The notes beneath the pieces are model-generated. The model searched no databases, had not been told where the DNA came from, and saw only the letters and a list, made by a program, of their open reading frames with translations. This document shows, in pieces, positions 50,583 to 60,486 of a DNA stretch of 64,000 nucleotides. Within the stretch, counting starts at the first letter, position 1, and each line of letters opens with the position of its first letter. Source of the DNA: a virus; IMG/VR virus record IMGVR_UViG_3300046524_000141, positions 3,988 to 67,987 of that record. One strand, written 5' to 3'. Both the position numbers and the translations under genes were made by a program.

Positions 50583-51091
50583 CCCTAACCCGCAAAAAGC
50601 CAATGGCCCGCTCCGGGTTCAAACGCAAAGAGCCCAAGCCGTTCGCACCGCCCGACCGACAGCAATTCGAGCGCAACCAGGAGGCGCGGAAGAGGGTCGC
50701 CGCGAATAAGGAAAAGACCCGCGGCACACACGTTCTAGAACTGCAGGCCGCGTTTAACGAATGGGTGCGGCTTCGCGATGCGACCCAGCCGTGTATCTCG
50801 TGCGGCACCTATCAGGGTGAATGGCACGCTGGACACTACCGTTCGGTCGGTTCTGAGCCAGCGCTGCGCCTGGAGCCGGACAACTGCCATCGGCAATGCG
50901 CCAGATGCAACGTGTACATGAATGGCAACCTCGCCGCTTACCGCGTCACCCTCATCAAGAAGATCGGTCTTGGTCGTGTTGAATGGCTCGAAGGGCCGCA
51001 TGTCCCGCAAAAGCTCACCCTTACGGAGATTCTGGAAATGAAAGCGTTCTATCGCGCCGAGGTTCGGCGGCTTAAAAGGGAGGTCGCTTGA
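50579..51091 (+). CDS. ninG: NinG/Rap recombination endonuclease
   Basis: Q.AFN.WVR.RD...CISCG...AGHYRS.G...N.H.QC..CN motif. Confidence 0.9.
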   Translation: MTLTRKKPMARSGFKRKEPKPFAPPDRQQFERNQEARKRVAANKEKTRGTHVLELQAAFNEWVRLRDATQPCISCGTYQGEWHAGHYRSVGSEPALRLEPDNCHRQCARCNVYMNGNLAAYRVTLIKKIGLGRVEWLEGPHVPQKLTLTEILEMKAFYRAEVRRLKREVA

Positions 51092-51816
51092 ATGAGTTGG
51101 CTCTTTTCGCAGGCGCTGGTGGAGGAGTGCTCGGCGGGCATCTGCTTGGCTGGCGAACAATCTGCGCAGTTGAGCGTGATGCCAACGCAGCACAAGTTCT
51201 GGCACAAAGACAAAACGATCGAGCCTTCAGACCATTCCCGATTTGGTCTGACGTCACGAGTTTTGACGGACGCCCATGGCGAGGCATTGTTGACGTCATA
51301 TCGGGCGGCTTTCCGTGCCAGGACATCAGTGTTGCGGGCACCAAGCTGGGCCTCGAAGGAGAGCGCAGTGGACTCTGGTCGGAGTTCTTCCGCATTGTGG
51401 GCGAAGTTCGACCCGGATTCGTGTTCATTGAGAACAGCCCAGCACTCGTTACTCGAGGACTTGACCGCGTGCTCGCCGACCTTGCCTCAGTCGGGTTTGA
51501 TGCTCGCTGGTCGAATCTATCAGCGGCCCAACTTGGCGCCTGTCACGAGCGTAACCGCGCCTGGATCGTTGCCTACTCCGCTGAAATCGTGGGGCCGGCG
51601 CGGACCGGGATTATCGAACAACCTCGACAACTTGCGGGCGTCCCTTGGAGTTACACAGGAATCTCTGGCGATCGTCGAGGCCGTTGGGTGGAGGTGGCCC
51701 GCGAGTTTCGTCGAATGGATGATGGGCTGGCCTTTTCAGTGGAGCGCACTGAAGCCATTGGAAATGGACAAGTTCCGATCGTGGCAGCAACAGCATTTCA
51801 ACAACTTGCAAGATAA
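51088..51816 (+). CDS. C5-cytosine DNA methyltransferase, large (alpha) subunit
   Basis: LFAGAGG (I), GGFPCQD (IV), FIENS (VI), H.R.R (VIII), IGNGQV (X); TRD and motif IX not recognisable. Confidence 0.88.
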   Translation: MNELALFAGAGGGVLGGHLLGWRTICAVERDANAAQVLAQRQNDRAFRPFPIWSDVTSFDGRPWRGIVDVISGGFPCQDISVAGTKLGLEGERSGLWSEFFRIVGEVRPGFVFIENSPALVTRGLDRVLADLASVGFDARWSNLSAAQLGACHERNRAWIVAYSAEIVGPARTGIIEQPRQLAGVPWSYTGISGDRRGRWVEVAREFRRMDDGLAFSVERTEAIGNGQVPIVAATAFQQLAR

Positions 51817-51829
51817 GGAAGCAGCATGA
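51092..51829 (+). CDS. Overprinted +1-frame partner (beta subunit with motif IX) of the C5-methyltransferase
   Basis: 245 codons open in the +1 frame; LPTP and FVEWMMGWP motifs; stop is ATGA-coupled to the next gene. Confidence 0.75.
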   Translation: MSWLFSQALVEECSAGICLAGEQSAQLSVMPTQHKFWHKDKTIEPSDHSRFGLTSRVLTDAHGEALLTSYRAAFRARTSVLRAPSWASKESAVDSGRSSSALWAKFDPDSCSLRTAQHSLLEDLTACSPTLPQSGLMLAGRIYQRPNLAPVTSVTAPGSLPTPLKSWGRRGPGLSNNLDNLRASLGVTQESLAIVEAVGWRWPASFVEWMMGWPFQWSALKPLEMDKFRSWQQQHFNNLQDKEAA

Positions 51830-52753
51830 AAGCATTCAAGGCATTCTCAGCACTTGTTAGTCTCGGCGTCTCGCTGCCGATCTGGTACATCCTCGTCTAC
51901 AAGATGCTCGGAATGATGCATGCAACCGATGGCATGTGGATTCTGTACTGGATCTACCTGCCGGCCGGCGTCCTGGTGTCGCTCATCATGAAGATCTGCG
52001 AACTGGCGGAGAAGAAATGACAAATCTAGACGAGCTGGAGCAGTTGGCGAAGGCGGCGATCACCAGCGGCCTACCTGGTGATCGCATGATGTTTGCCCTG
52101 AAAGCAATGGACCCGGAGGGGATGCTCACCCTCATCGCCGAGGTGCGGGCGCTCCGGGAGCGTCGCAATGGCCCCGGAACGCCAGCAGCACGATTCTCGT
52201 ATCTGCTGCATGAGTTGGAGGCGCTGTTTCCTGGTGTGGTTGATCCCGTGTTAAGCGATTCGCCGGAAACGAAACTGCTAGATGCGGTGCGAGCGCTGCG
52301 GGAGGATAAGGCAAGACTGGACTATCTGGACTGTATGAATGCCCAGTTGAATAAGTTCTACGACACGACCTACCAATGGAAAGTGATCCTGAGCCCGAAC
52401 ATCGTCAGGTTGACTGCTGGCCGCCAGTGGGCCGGATACGTTGGCGATATCGATTTGAACGATGTGCAATGTGGCGAGGGAAGTTTCGATAGTTGCCGAA
52501 AGGCGATTGATGACGCGCGAGGTGCCAAATGACCTACATCGCCGCATACCTACTCGGCGTCATCAGCTTCGGCATACTCATGCTCGTTCTGCTGATTCTG
52601 CTGCATCGGCCACGGTACACGGCGCCGACGAGGCGGAGGAACCGCGACAGGTTGCCCGAAGTGCGCAACGTTCCGGCGATGCCGGTGTGTAAGGTGGCGC
52701 GTGAGGAAGGCGAGCCGATCCGCATGTATGGCGTTACGGGAGAAGAGAGATGA
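51826..52753 (+). CDS. Hypothetical proteins (51826-52020 membrane; 52017-52532 Ead/Ea22-like; 52529-52753)
   Basis: Coupled ORFs; LDELEQLAKAA...L.LIAEV pattern. Confidence 0.6.
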
Positions 52754-52943
52754 CCACTGAACAATACCGCTGCCTTATCGCGCACATGATGTTCTGGAAG
52801 TTGGGCCTAGACAAAGCAATGAAGGATATCGGCATTACATCGTCAAAAAAAGATGTCATCTACGATTTGTGGAAATGCGGATGGATCTATAGCGCCAAGT
52901 TTGACCGGATGCGGTATGTGGAATGATCGCAAAATAGGTGATT

Positions 52944-52987
52944 GACAACTGCAAACAATTGTAGTTGTCCTTAGTTTTTGGTAGAAT
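52944..52987 (+). promoter_or_regulatory. Promoter and inverted repeat upstream of the Q-like gene
   Basis: GACAACTGCAA-N4-TTGTAGTTGTC (10/11 symmetric) overlapping TTGTAG-17nt-TAGAAT. Confidence 0.5.
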
Positions 52988-53048
52988 ATCGCAACCGGTT
53001 GTGCTGTTTTTCTGTGTCTTCACTATATATCGTGCTGCGGGGTTCGAA

Positions 53049-53447
53049 ATGACGCAAGACCAGAGTGATGAAGTCGAACACTTGCTGACTGAGTGGCACC
53101 GATGGCAGGACTCGTATCAGCCTGCGCTCGGTGCTCCCCGTTGCGCGCCTACCTGCCGTGAGTATCGCTCCAACTACGGCATGACGGCACAGGAGCGCTC
53201 GGAGCAAGCAGACGCGAAAATCTGGAAGCACAACTCGGAGCAAGTCGAGCTTTGCGTCGATACCTTGGGCTGGGAACACAGGGCGTCGATACAAACCTCG
53301 CTTCGCAATAAGCGCGCGGGCTATTCGGTGTTCTCGAATCCCCGCATCTCTCCCGAAGATTCTCACCGCTTGTACCAGGAATCCAAGGAAATGCTGTATC
53401 CAAAGTTTCAGGCGCGCGGGCTGATCAAGGTTATGGAGGCAGCATGA
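53049..53447 (+). CDS. Q-like late antiterminator
   Basis: LL.EW.RW N-terminus and sigma-region-4-like C-terminus; upstream of pR'/tR'. Confidence 0.6.
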   Translation: MTQDQSDEVEHLLTEWHRWQDSYQPALGAPRCAPTCREYRSNYGMTAQERSEQADAKIWKHNSEQVELCVDTLGWEHRASIQTSLRNKRAGYSVFSNPRISPEDSHRLYQESKEMLYPKFQARGLIKVMEAA

Positions 53448-54077
53448 GGAATGAGATTCGGCCAGCCGTTTCGATCAACGGCGAGTTCATCACGCATGGC
53501 GAGGTTGAATCCTTGCGCGTCGCGGTGACGGCTTTCCACAGTGAAATGTCCGACCCGCTCGCTCTTGGCGATGATGAGCATGGAAGATTCATGACCAAGC
53601 ACTACCGCCAGCACATGGAGCGCATCCTGCGGCTAATGGGCGTCATTCAAAGGGAGTCGGTATGAGCTCCTATTCGTGTCGAGAAGATCAATTCCAAATC
53701 CTCGGCACGCCATGGTGCGTTCCGTTCGGCGCCGTCTCGGCTCATCGCCAGCAATGCAAGACCAATCACAGCCAGACGCCAGAGCGGTTGCGTGAGCGCG
53801 GCGGTCTGTCGTGGTGCGAGCTGTTCGCGGTTCTCTCGGACAAGCCATGGCAGAAGATGGACGGTTGGCAGGCGCAACAGCTTTGCATCCTGATGATTCA
53901 CGACGAGCAGGGGAAGACCTGGAAATGAATAGTCGTCAACGCAGAAAGGAGCGCCGCAAAGCGGAGCGCTTCGAAGCCTCTCCAAAGGGCAAAGCGCTGA
54001 TCAAGGCGATTGACGACCTTCAGCGCTTTTGCGAGGCCTATCGTCGGGACTTTCCAAAGATAGAGCGCCGCGCCTAA
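53444..54077 (+). CDS. Three small hypothetical proteins (53444-53665, 53662-53928, 53925-54077)
   Basis: ATGA-coupled. Confidence 0.55.
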
Positions 54078-54096
54078 AAATATTTTTCTCAAGTAC

Positions 54097-54125
54097 TTGT
54101 ATACCCGAAAAGATTCGTGTATCTT
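54097..54125 (+). promoter_or_regulatory. Late promoter pR'
   Basis: TTGTAT-17nt-TATCTT with an AT-rich UP element, followed by a terminator. Confidence 0.7.
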
Positions 54126-54163
54126 GACTTCCGTGGTGCTGAAGAAGCGCCCACAGAATCCAC

Positions 54164-54196
54164 AGCCCGCCAGGTGAAAGCCTCGCGGGCTTTTTT
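54164..54196 (+). terminator. tR'-like terminator
   Basis: AGCCCGC...GCGGGCT plus T tract. Confidence 0.7.
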
Positions 54197-54208
54197 GCGT
54201 CTATCGCC

Positions 54209-54686
54209 ATGGCCCGCTCCATCACGTTCCAATCGCGCTCGTTTGGCATCGAGCCGTCGCGCGCATTGGAAGAGAAGCAGGCCGAGGAAGCAAGGCAGCA
54301 CAAGCGCGGCATGCTCTATGCGAAACCTGGCTGGAGCGAAGCCAGAAAGCGAGCCGAAGCCCTATTTGACATCCCCGCGTCCGCCTCTCCGGGTGGACCA
54401 ATGCCCCGCCGCGATGCAACGTCGCTCTCGCCGGGAAGATCCGGCCAGAATTCGAGCACTAAATGAACGTTCAAGAGTTAATCGACAGCCTGGAGTTGGA
54501 CCTAGAGCGCATGCGCAATATCGATCCGGCGCTTAGGGCTTCGATGATCGCGCGGCTAGACCAATTGAGGGCATTGACGAAATGAATCCATGGACCGCAT
54601 TGGCCCTCTGGCTCTCGACCGTGCACGTCGGTCTCGCGCAAGGATACGCAGAATGGGCAGACTGGCTGATTGACGCAACTGAGTGA
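54209..54686 (+). CDS. Three small late ORFs (54209-54466, 54463-54585, 54582-54686)
   Basis: Chain of ATGA overlaps. Confidence 0.5.
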
Positions 54687-54753
54687 GTTGTAGCCGCAAA
54701 GCTACGCGAATCGGCCAAAGCGCTGGGTCAGTAGCCCTACTGCGACAGAACAC

Positions 54754-54826
54754 GGGTGGTAGCTCAGGGAGCAGGCCGGATTCCAAATCCGAGTCGAGCT
54801 AGGTTCGATTCCTTCGCCGCCCGCCA
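54754..54826 (+). tRNA. Atypical or degenerate tRNA-Trp(CCA)
   Basis: GGGTGGT/GCCGCCC acceptor plus G-CCA; CGGA-TTCCAAA-TCCG anticodon arm; GGTTCGATTCC. D loop is only 3 nt and the T stem is mismatched. Confidence 0.65.
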
Positions 54827-54961
54827 AGTGTGACACCCCGCTAGCTTTGCGTCATGACGCACTGGAGCGGCAGATGTGGTTGGGCCGTTCGCGTCACTGG
54901 GGCGGACACGACGCCGAAGGAATAATCGGCCGCTGGCTCTGCGTACGAGCGCTTTCACGCA

Positions 54962-55036
54962 TGGCGTAGCTCAGAAACCAGAGAGAGCGGCGGGGTAAAA
55001 CCCGCAGGTCGATGGGGATAGAGGTCCCATCCGCCA
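54962..55036 (+). ncRNA. tRNA-derived cloverleaf with non-canonical anticodon and T loops
   Basis: TGGCG-TA-GCTC(12)GAGC-G-GCGGG(GTAAAA)CCCGC-AGGTC-GATGG(11)CCATC-CGCCA. Confidence 0.6.
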
Positions 55037-55130
55037 GTCGTGAGGGTGAACCGAAAAGGCCGCGCGAGTCGATTGACTGCCACTGCGCCATGCGGGCCGA
55101 ACGCTGTAACCCTCTTTAATTGGATCTGCC

Positions 55131-55409
55131 ATGTCAGTTATGACAACAGCCGACAAGATTGCAGACCTGGAGCGCAGGGTCGAGCAGCTTGAGCGCGCCG
55201 GGCGCCGGTACGGTCCAATTGAGGCAAAGCCCGAGACTGAGCCTTTGCCCAGTTGGCCCACGTATCCGGCGATTCCGACCATTGGCGAACAGCGCTGCCC
55301 GACGTGCGGCATATCGCTGTCGCCTGTCATGGGCTACGTCTGCGGCAAAGCGAACTGCCCTACTGGCTTGGGCGGCGTCTACTGCACGACGACTAGCGGT
55401 CCAGTCTGA
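55131..55409 (+). CDS. Hypothetical protein with a Cys-rich C-terminus
   Basis: CPTCG...MGYVC...CP motif. Confidence 0.6.
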   Translation: MSVMTTADKIADLERRVEQLERAGRRYGPIEAKPETEPLPSWPTYPAIPTIGEQRCPTCGISLSPVMGYVCGKANCPTGLGGVYCTTTSGPV

Positions 55410-55483
55410 ATTCTCCTCGCTCTGCTTCCCCTGGCAGATTCGAAGCCGCCTCGCGCGGCTCTTTTTTATTTTGGGATCTCCCT

Positions 55484-56656
55484 TTGGCACGACAATTTGA
55501 CCCGCGATTGCGAGAGTTTGCCGATGCCAGGGAAGTTTCCTTTCTCGACGCAATCGAGAAGCACGGCAGCGCAGCGAAAGCCGCTCCGCACCTTGGCTTG
55601 CACAAGAGCAACATCAGTCGGGCTATTCAGTCGCTGGAAAAGCGTGCGGCAAAGATGGGGTATTCGCCCAAGCACGATATGACGCATACCGTGCCGGACG
55701 GGTTCCGTGTCAAGGGTGTGTCGACCGCCTACACTGAAGACGGCATTGCCATTCAGTGGGTAAAGACTGAGCGGGACGGAAACCGGGCTGAGGAAATCGC
55801 CCGCGAGACGATCGCCGTGCTGTCGGAATCAGTTCGCGGACTGGCTCCGCTGACGCCGGCGCCTGAGTTCTCGAATGACGACATCTTGGCGGTCTATCCT
55901 TTCGGTGATCCGCACGTCGGCCTGTACTGCTGGGCGAAAGAGACTGGCGCTGACTTCGATCTGGAGATCGGCCGCAGGTTGACGCTCGGCGCAGTAGACC
56001 GGCTCGTAGCATCCGCGCCAAAGGCATCGACGGCAATCCTGCTGCTTCTCGGCGATGTATATCATCAGAACGATCAGACCAACCAGACTCCAGCGCACAA
56101 ACACCAGCTCGACGTCGATTCGAGATTCGTCAAGGTGCTGCAAGTTGGTATTGAGACATACCGGCACGCAATCATCAGGGCGTTGGAGAAGCATGCGAAG
56201 GTGATCGTCAAGGCTGTACCGGGCAATCACGATCCACAGGCGATCTGGGCGCTTATCTTCACGCTGGCGGCCTATTTCGCGAATGAGCCGCGCGTCGAAG
56301 TGGATATTGAGCCGTCCAAGTTTTGGTTCTACCGGTTCGGAAAGGTGCTGATCGGCTCGACGCATGGCGACACGGCCAAGCATGAACAACTCGGCCCGAT
56401 CATGGCGTGCGATCGCCCCGAGGACTGGGGCGCAACCAAGTTCCGGGTCTGGTACACGGGCCACGTCCACCATTCCTCGGTGAAGGAATTCCCTGGCGTC
56501 ATCTGCGAATCATTCCGCACACTCGCGGCGCAGGATGCCTATGCGGCTGGCCATGGCTACCGAGCTGGCCGGGATATGCGGTGCATCGTCCACCACAGAG
56601 AGCACGGCGAGATCGAGCGCCATCGCGTGGACGTAGGCATGCTCGAAGCCGCCTAA
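55484..56656 (+). CDS. HTH plus calcineurin-like metallophosphoesterase
   Basis: N-terminal HTH; GDPH, LGD, GNHD, THGD and GHVH metal-binding motifs. Confidence 0.85.
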   Translation: MARQFDPRLREFADAREVSFLDAIEKHGSAAKAAPHLGLHKSNISRAIQSLEKRAAKMGYSPKHDMTHTVPDGFRVKGVSTAYTEDGIAIQWVKTERDGNRAEEIARETIAVLSESVRGLAPLTPAPEFSNDDILAVYPFGDPHVGLYCWAKETGADFDLEIGRRLTLGAVDRLVASAPKASTAILLLLGDVYHQNDQTNQTPAHKHQLDVDSRFVKVLQVGIETYRHAIIRALEKHAKVIVKAVPGNHDPQAIWALIFTLAAYFANEPRVEVDIEPSKFWFYRFGKVLIGSTHGDTAKHEQLGPIMACDRPEDWGATKFRVWYTGHVHHSSVKEFPGVICESFRTLAAQDAYAAGHGYRAGRDMRCIVHHREHGEIERHRVDVGMLEAA

Positions 56657-56791
56657 CCTACCCCTCGCCGCTTGGCGCCAGGGTATAGCCGATAGATCGG
56701 CACTAATTCTGAGTGAAAAGTCTCGCTCGCTCGCAAGCGCGAAAGTGAATTCTTCTCAATTGATTGTTTGAACTTAATCAAAGGTAATCAA

Positions 56792-57169
56792 ATGCCCCGA
56801 GGCGGTCCACGCACAGGCGCTGGACGCAAACCCGGTGCCGTTACCAAGAAGACTAGGGAGATCGCCGACAAGGCAGTCGAGCAAGGCATTACACCGCTAG
56901 AGGTGATGCTCGGAACAATGCGCGACCTCTGGAGCAAGGCGGAGTCGGGTGAGATGGGCATGAATGGCGAGAAGGTCATCACCCCTCTAGATTACCGCCT
57001 GCAGGCTGCAGAAGTGGCTCACAAGGCTGCCCCATTTGTGCACCCGAAGCTAGCCAACGTTGAGGCGCAGATAAGCGGACCCGATGGCGGTCCCATAGAG
57101 AGCAAGACGACGGTGGTTAATGCAAATGACGTCAAAGCCATCGTCGATAAGCTCGAAGGCGAGTACTAA
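56792..57169 (+). CDS. Terminase small subunit
   Basis: [27 protein letters not shown] and SGPDGGPI motifs. Confidence 0.8.
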   Translation: MPRGGPRTGAGRKPGAVTKKTREIADKAVEQGITPLEVMLGTMRDLWSKAESGEMGMNGEKVITPLDYRLQAAEVAHKAAPFVHPKLANVEAQISGPDGGPIESKTTVVNANDVKAIVDKLEGEY

Positions 57170-58700
57170 CCTTCCGCTGGAACTGGCGACGATCCGGGCA
57201 AAGTGCGAGAACGATCACCTCTTCTTCAGCCGGTACTTCTTCAAGCATCGGCAAGGCATCAAGTTTCGCGTCAACTGGCACCATGTGCTGATTGCTGACG
57301 TCGTTGAGCGTGTCATTGCGGGCGAGCTAAAGAACGTTGTTATCAACGTTCCACCGGGGTCGTCGAAGACCGAGCTCGTAGCGATCAATCTGATTGCCCG
57401 TGGGCTGGCAAAGAACCCGCGTGCGCGCTTCCTGCACATCTCGTATTCGGATGACCTCGCCCTTCTGAACTCCGAAACGGCGCGCGAGATTGTCCGGTCG
57501 GATGAATACCAGGCGCTCTGGCCGCTGAAGATCGCGGACGACGCAGATTCAAAGAAGCGCTGGAACGTCGTTGTCGACGGGAAGAAGGCTGGTGGGGTCT
57601 ACGCGGTATCGCTTGGCGGTCAGATCACGGGCTTTCGTGCCGGCCACATGGCGGAAGGCTGGCAAGGCGCGATCATCATCGACGACCCTCTTAAGGTCGA
57701 AGATGCATACAGCAAGACCAATCGGGACAAGGCAAACCGCAAGATCATCTCGACGGTCAAGAGCCGCCGAGCGAATCCGGACACGCCGATTGTCCTGATC
57801 ATGCAGCGCCTCGCTGAGGAAGACCCGACTGGTTTCATCAAGGCTGGCAAGGTTCCCGGCGATTGGACGTTCATCGAGATTCCGGCGCTCATCACGGATG
57901 AGTACGTTGCGAATCTGCCTGAACATATCCGCCCGATGGTGGATAGCTCGGAGCGTGATGGAGACGGCCGGTTCAGCTACTGGCCGTACAAGGAGCCGTT
58001 GCAGGATCTGCTGGCGTCTGAGAAGGCCGATCGCTACGTGTTCAGCGGTCAATACATGCAGCGCCCCTCCCCGCTCGGCGGCGGCATTATCCAGTCGGGC
58101 AAGTTTGTCCGCTATGGCGCATTGCCTCAACTGAAGTTCCGCAAGATCTACGCGGACACCGCGCAAAAGACTGCCGAGCGCAACGATTACAGCGTTTTCG
58201 AATGCTGGGGCTACGGCAAAGACAATCGCGTCTATCTGCTTGACCTGATCCGCGGCAAGTGGGAAGCGCCGGAGTTGAAGCGTCGCGCGATCGACTTCTG
58301 GAACAAACACAAAGGCATTGGCGCGGGTGATCCAGATGCGCCGGCACTTCGACAGATGCTGGTTGAAGACAAGGCCAGTGGGACGGGCCTGATTCAGGAA
58401 ATCAAGTCAGATGGCGGCATACCCGTCCAAGGCATTGAGCGCACGAAAGACAAGCTCACCCGTGTGATGGACATCGTGAGCCAGATCGATGCTGGGAATG
58501 TGTGCGTTCCAGAAAACGCCGATTGGGTCAGCGACTTCGTCACCGAGTGCGAATCATTCACTGCCGACGACACTCACGCGCACGATGACCAGATCGACCC
58601 GATGGTGGATGCAATAACCGACATGCTGGGCGGCGTCAAACCGATGGTCGTCACTGAAGACGTTTTGAACCAATTCGCCCGCATGGGTGCCACACGATGA
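57120..58700 (+). CDS. Terminase large subunit
   Basis: PPGSSKT Walker A, IIIDDP Walker B, EDKASG and HDDQID nuclease motifs. Confidence 0.95.
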   Translation: MQMTSKPSSISSKASTNLPLELATIRAKCENDHLFFSRYFFKHRQGIKFRVNWHHVLIADVVERVIAGELKNVVINVPPGSSKTELVAINLIARGLAKNPRARFLHISYSDDLALLNSETAREIVRSDEYQALWPLKIADDADSKKRWNVVVDGKKAGGVYAVSLGGQITGFRAGHMAEGWQGAIIIDDPLKVEDAYSKTNRDKANRKIISTVKSRRANPDTPIVLIMQRLAEEDPTGFIKAGKVPGDWTFIEIPALITDEYVANLPEHIRPMVDSSERDGDGRFSYWPYKEPLQDLLASEKADRYVFSGQYMQRPSPLGGGIIQSGKFVRYGALPQLKFRKIYADTAQKTAERNDYSVFECWGYGKDNRVYLLDLIRGKWEAPELKRRAIDFWNKHKGIGAGDPDAPALRQMLVEDKASGTGLIQEIKSDGGIPVQGIERTKDKLTRVMDIVSQIDAGNVCVPENADWVSDFVTECESFTADDTHAHDDQIDPMVDAITDMLGGVKPMVVTEDVLNQFARMGATR

Positions 58701-60241
58701 CGCGCAGACAGACAAAGAAGGCACAGACGGCTGCGCACAAACACGTGCCGACACCCGCTGCCAAAGTAGCGTCCGATTCAAAGCCGGCCATGCTCATATC
58801 GCATGAGGCGGTCGCCATGATGAGTCTGCCGGCCGCCAAACCTGTCGAGACATACAAGCTGCCGGAGCCGGCGCCGGGCGTGATCCCGAAGAAGGAAAAG
58901 ATGGCGCTGGACAGCCAGTTCCAGCCAGTCGGCGAGTATGCATCGGTCAATGCCATCTTCAACGAAGGCATTCAGTTCATGGGGTATCCGTACCTCGCTG
59001 AGCTGACGCAGCGCCCGGAGTATCGTCGCCCGTCTGAAATTTTTGCGAAGCAGATGACGCGGAAATGGATTGAATTGCAGGCTACGGGCGACGACGACAA
59101 GACTGACAAGATCAAGGCAATCGACGCCGAGATGAAGCGCCTGAACGTTCAGGCGAAGTTTCGTGAAGCCATCGAGCAGGACGGTCAGTTCGGCCGGTCC
59201 CACATCTATATTGATATGGGGGTCGATTTCGACGACGAGGCCGAACTCAAAACGGATCTCGCCGAGACTAAAGCCAAAGTCGGGCGTAACAGCATCAAGG
59301 CACTGAAGGTTATCGAGCCGATATGGGTGTATCCGTACATCTACAACTCGACCAACCCGCTAGACCAGTGGTTCTACAAGCCGCAAGCGTGGTTTGTGAT
59401 GAGCCGCACGATTCATGCAAGCCGCCTGCTGACGTTTGTGAGTCGCGAAGTCCCGGACATTCTCAAGCCCGCTTATCAGTTTGGCGGTCTGAGCCTGTCG
59501 CAGATGATGAAGCCGTATGTCGATAACTGGCTTCGTACCCGCCAGAGCGTATCGGACATCATCCATGCGTTCACGACGTGGGTGCTCAAGACGAACATGA
59601 GCACGATCACGCAGCCTGGCGGCGCCGAGAACTTCTATCGCCGACTGCAGATCTTTAACCTCGGCCGTGACAATCACGGCGTGATGGGGATTGACAAGGA
59701 AACGGAGGATTTTCTTAACGTTTCTGCGCCAATCGCCGGCCTGGATAAGCTGCAAGCCCAAGCGCAAGAGCAGATGGCGTCAGTCACGGGGATTCCGCTG
59801 GTTTATCTGACTGGCATTACGCCTAGCGGGCTGAACGCCTCAAGTGATGGCGAGATCCGCGTATTTGAGGACTGGTGCGGCGCGCAGCAGGAGGGCTACA
59901 CGCCCCATGTGTCGCGCGTCATCAACCTTATCCAGTTGTCGCTGTTCGGCGAGATTGATCCTGAGATCGGGTTCCGCTGGATTCCTCTGCACACCGAAAG
60001 CGAGCTTGACCTTGCCAATGTGCGCAAACTCAATGCTGACACGGACGCGGTTCTGATGGGCATCGGAGCTATCAGCCAGGACGATTCGCGTAATCGGGTT
60101 GCTTCGGAAGAGGATGGGCCTTATTCAGGTCTGGATACGAGTGATCCTCTGCCGGAAGTCCCTGAGCCCGAATCAGGGCCGGAGGCTACAGCCGAGAAGA
60201 TCGGCGGCACTCAACAGCCAGAAGATGCGGCTGAAGCCTAG
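58697..60241 (+). CDS. Portal protein (DUF1073-type)
   Basis: [17 protein letters not shown] and IPL..L.GITP.GLNAS.DGE motifs. Confidence 0.9.
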   Translation: MTRRQTKKAQTAAHKHVPTPAAKVASDSKPAMLISHEAVAMMSLPAAKPVETYKLPEPAPGVIPKKEKMALDSQFQPVGEYASVNAIFNEGIQFMGYPYLAELTQRPEYRRPSEIFAKQMTRKWIELQATGDDDKTDKIKAIDAEMKRLNVQAKFREAIEQDGQFGRSHIYIDMGVDFDDEAELKTDLAETKAKVGRNSIKALKVIEPIWVYPYIYNSTNPLDQWFYKPQAWFVMSRTIHASRLLTFVSREVPDILKPAYQFGGLSLSQMMKPYVDNWLRTRQSVSDIIHAFTTWVLKTNMSTITQPGGAENFYRRLQIFNLGRDNHGVMGIDKETEDFLNVSAPIAGLDKLQAQAQEQMASVTGIPLVYLTGITPSGLNASSDGEIRVFEDWCGAQQEGYTPHVSRVINLIQLSLFGEIDPEIGFRWIPLHTESELDLANVRKLNADTDAVLMGIGAISQDDSRNRVASEEDGPYSGLDTSDPLPEVPEPESGPEATAEKIGGTQQPEDAAEA

Positions 60242-60486
60242 CCGTACCGGATGGCCCTGATCCGCCGAACCATCTCGGTTAGTTCCAGTTCCATCGCATC
60301 GAAACGCGGCTTGCCGGCGCTGTCGGTCAGGCCGTTTTTTAGCAGGAACATGTCCAGCTCTGTGTCCAGAAGATCAGACAGGTTGAACCGGGCTGAAAAC
60401 TCATCATTCTTGCCAACATAGACAGCGACGCGCTGCGACTCTTCGTGGTCATAGCCGACGTAATCGACGGCGATTCCTTCTTTCAT
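60238..60486 (-). CDS. Antisense hypothetical protein between portal and minor head genes
   Basis: GGAG RBS before MKEGIAVD; fills the gap exactly. Confidence 0.55.
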   Translation of the reverse strand: MKEGIAVDYVGYDHEESQRVAVYVGKNDEFSARFNLSDLLDTELDMFLLKNGLTDSAGKPRFDAMELELTEMVRRIRAIRYG

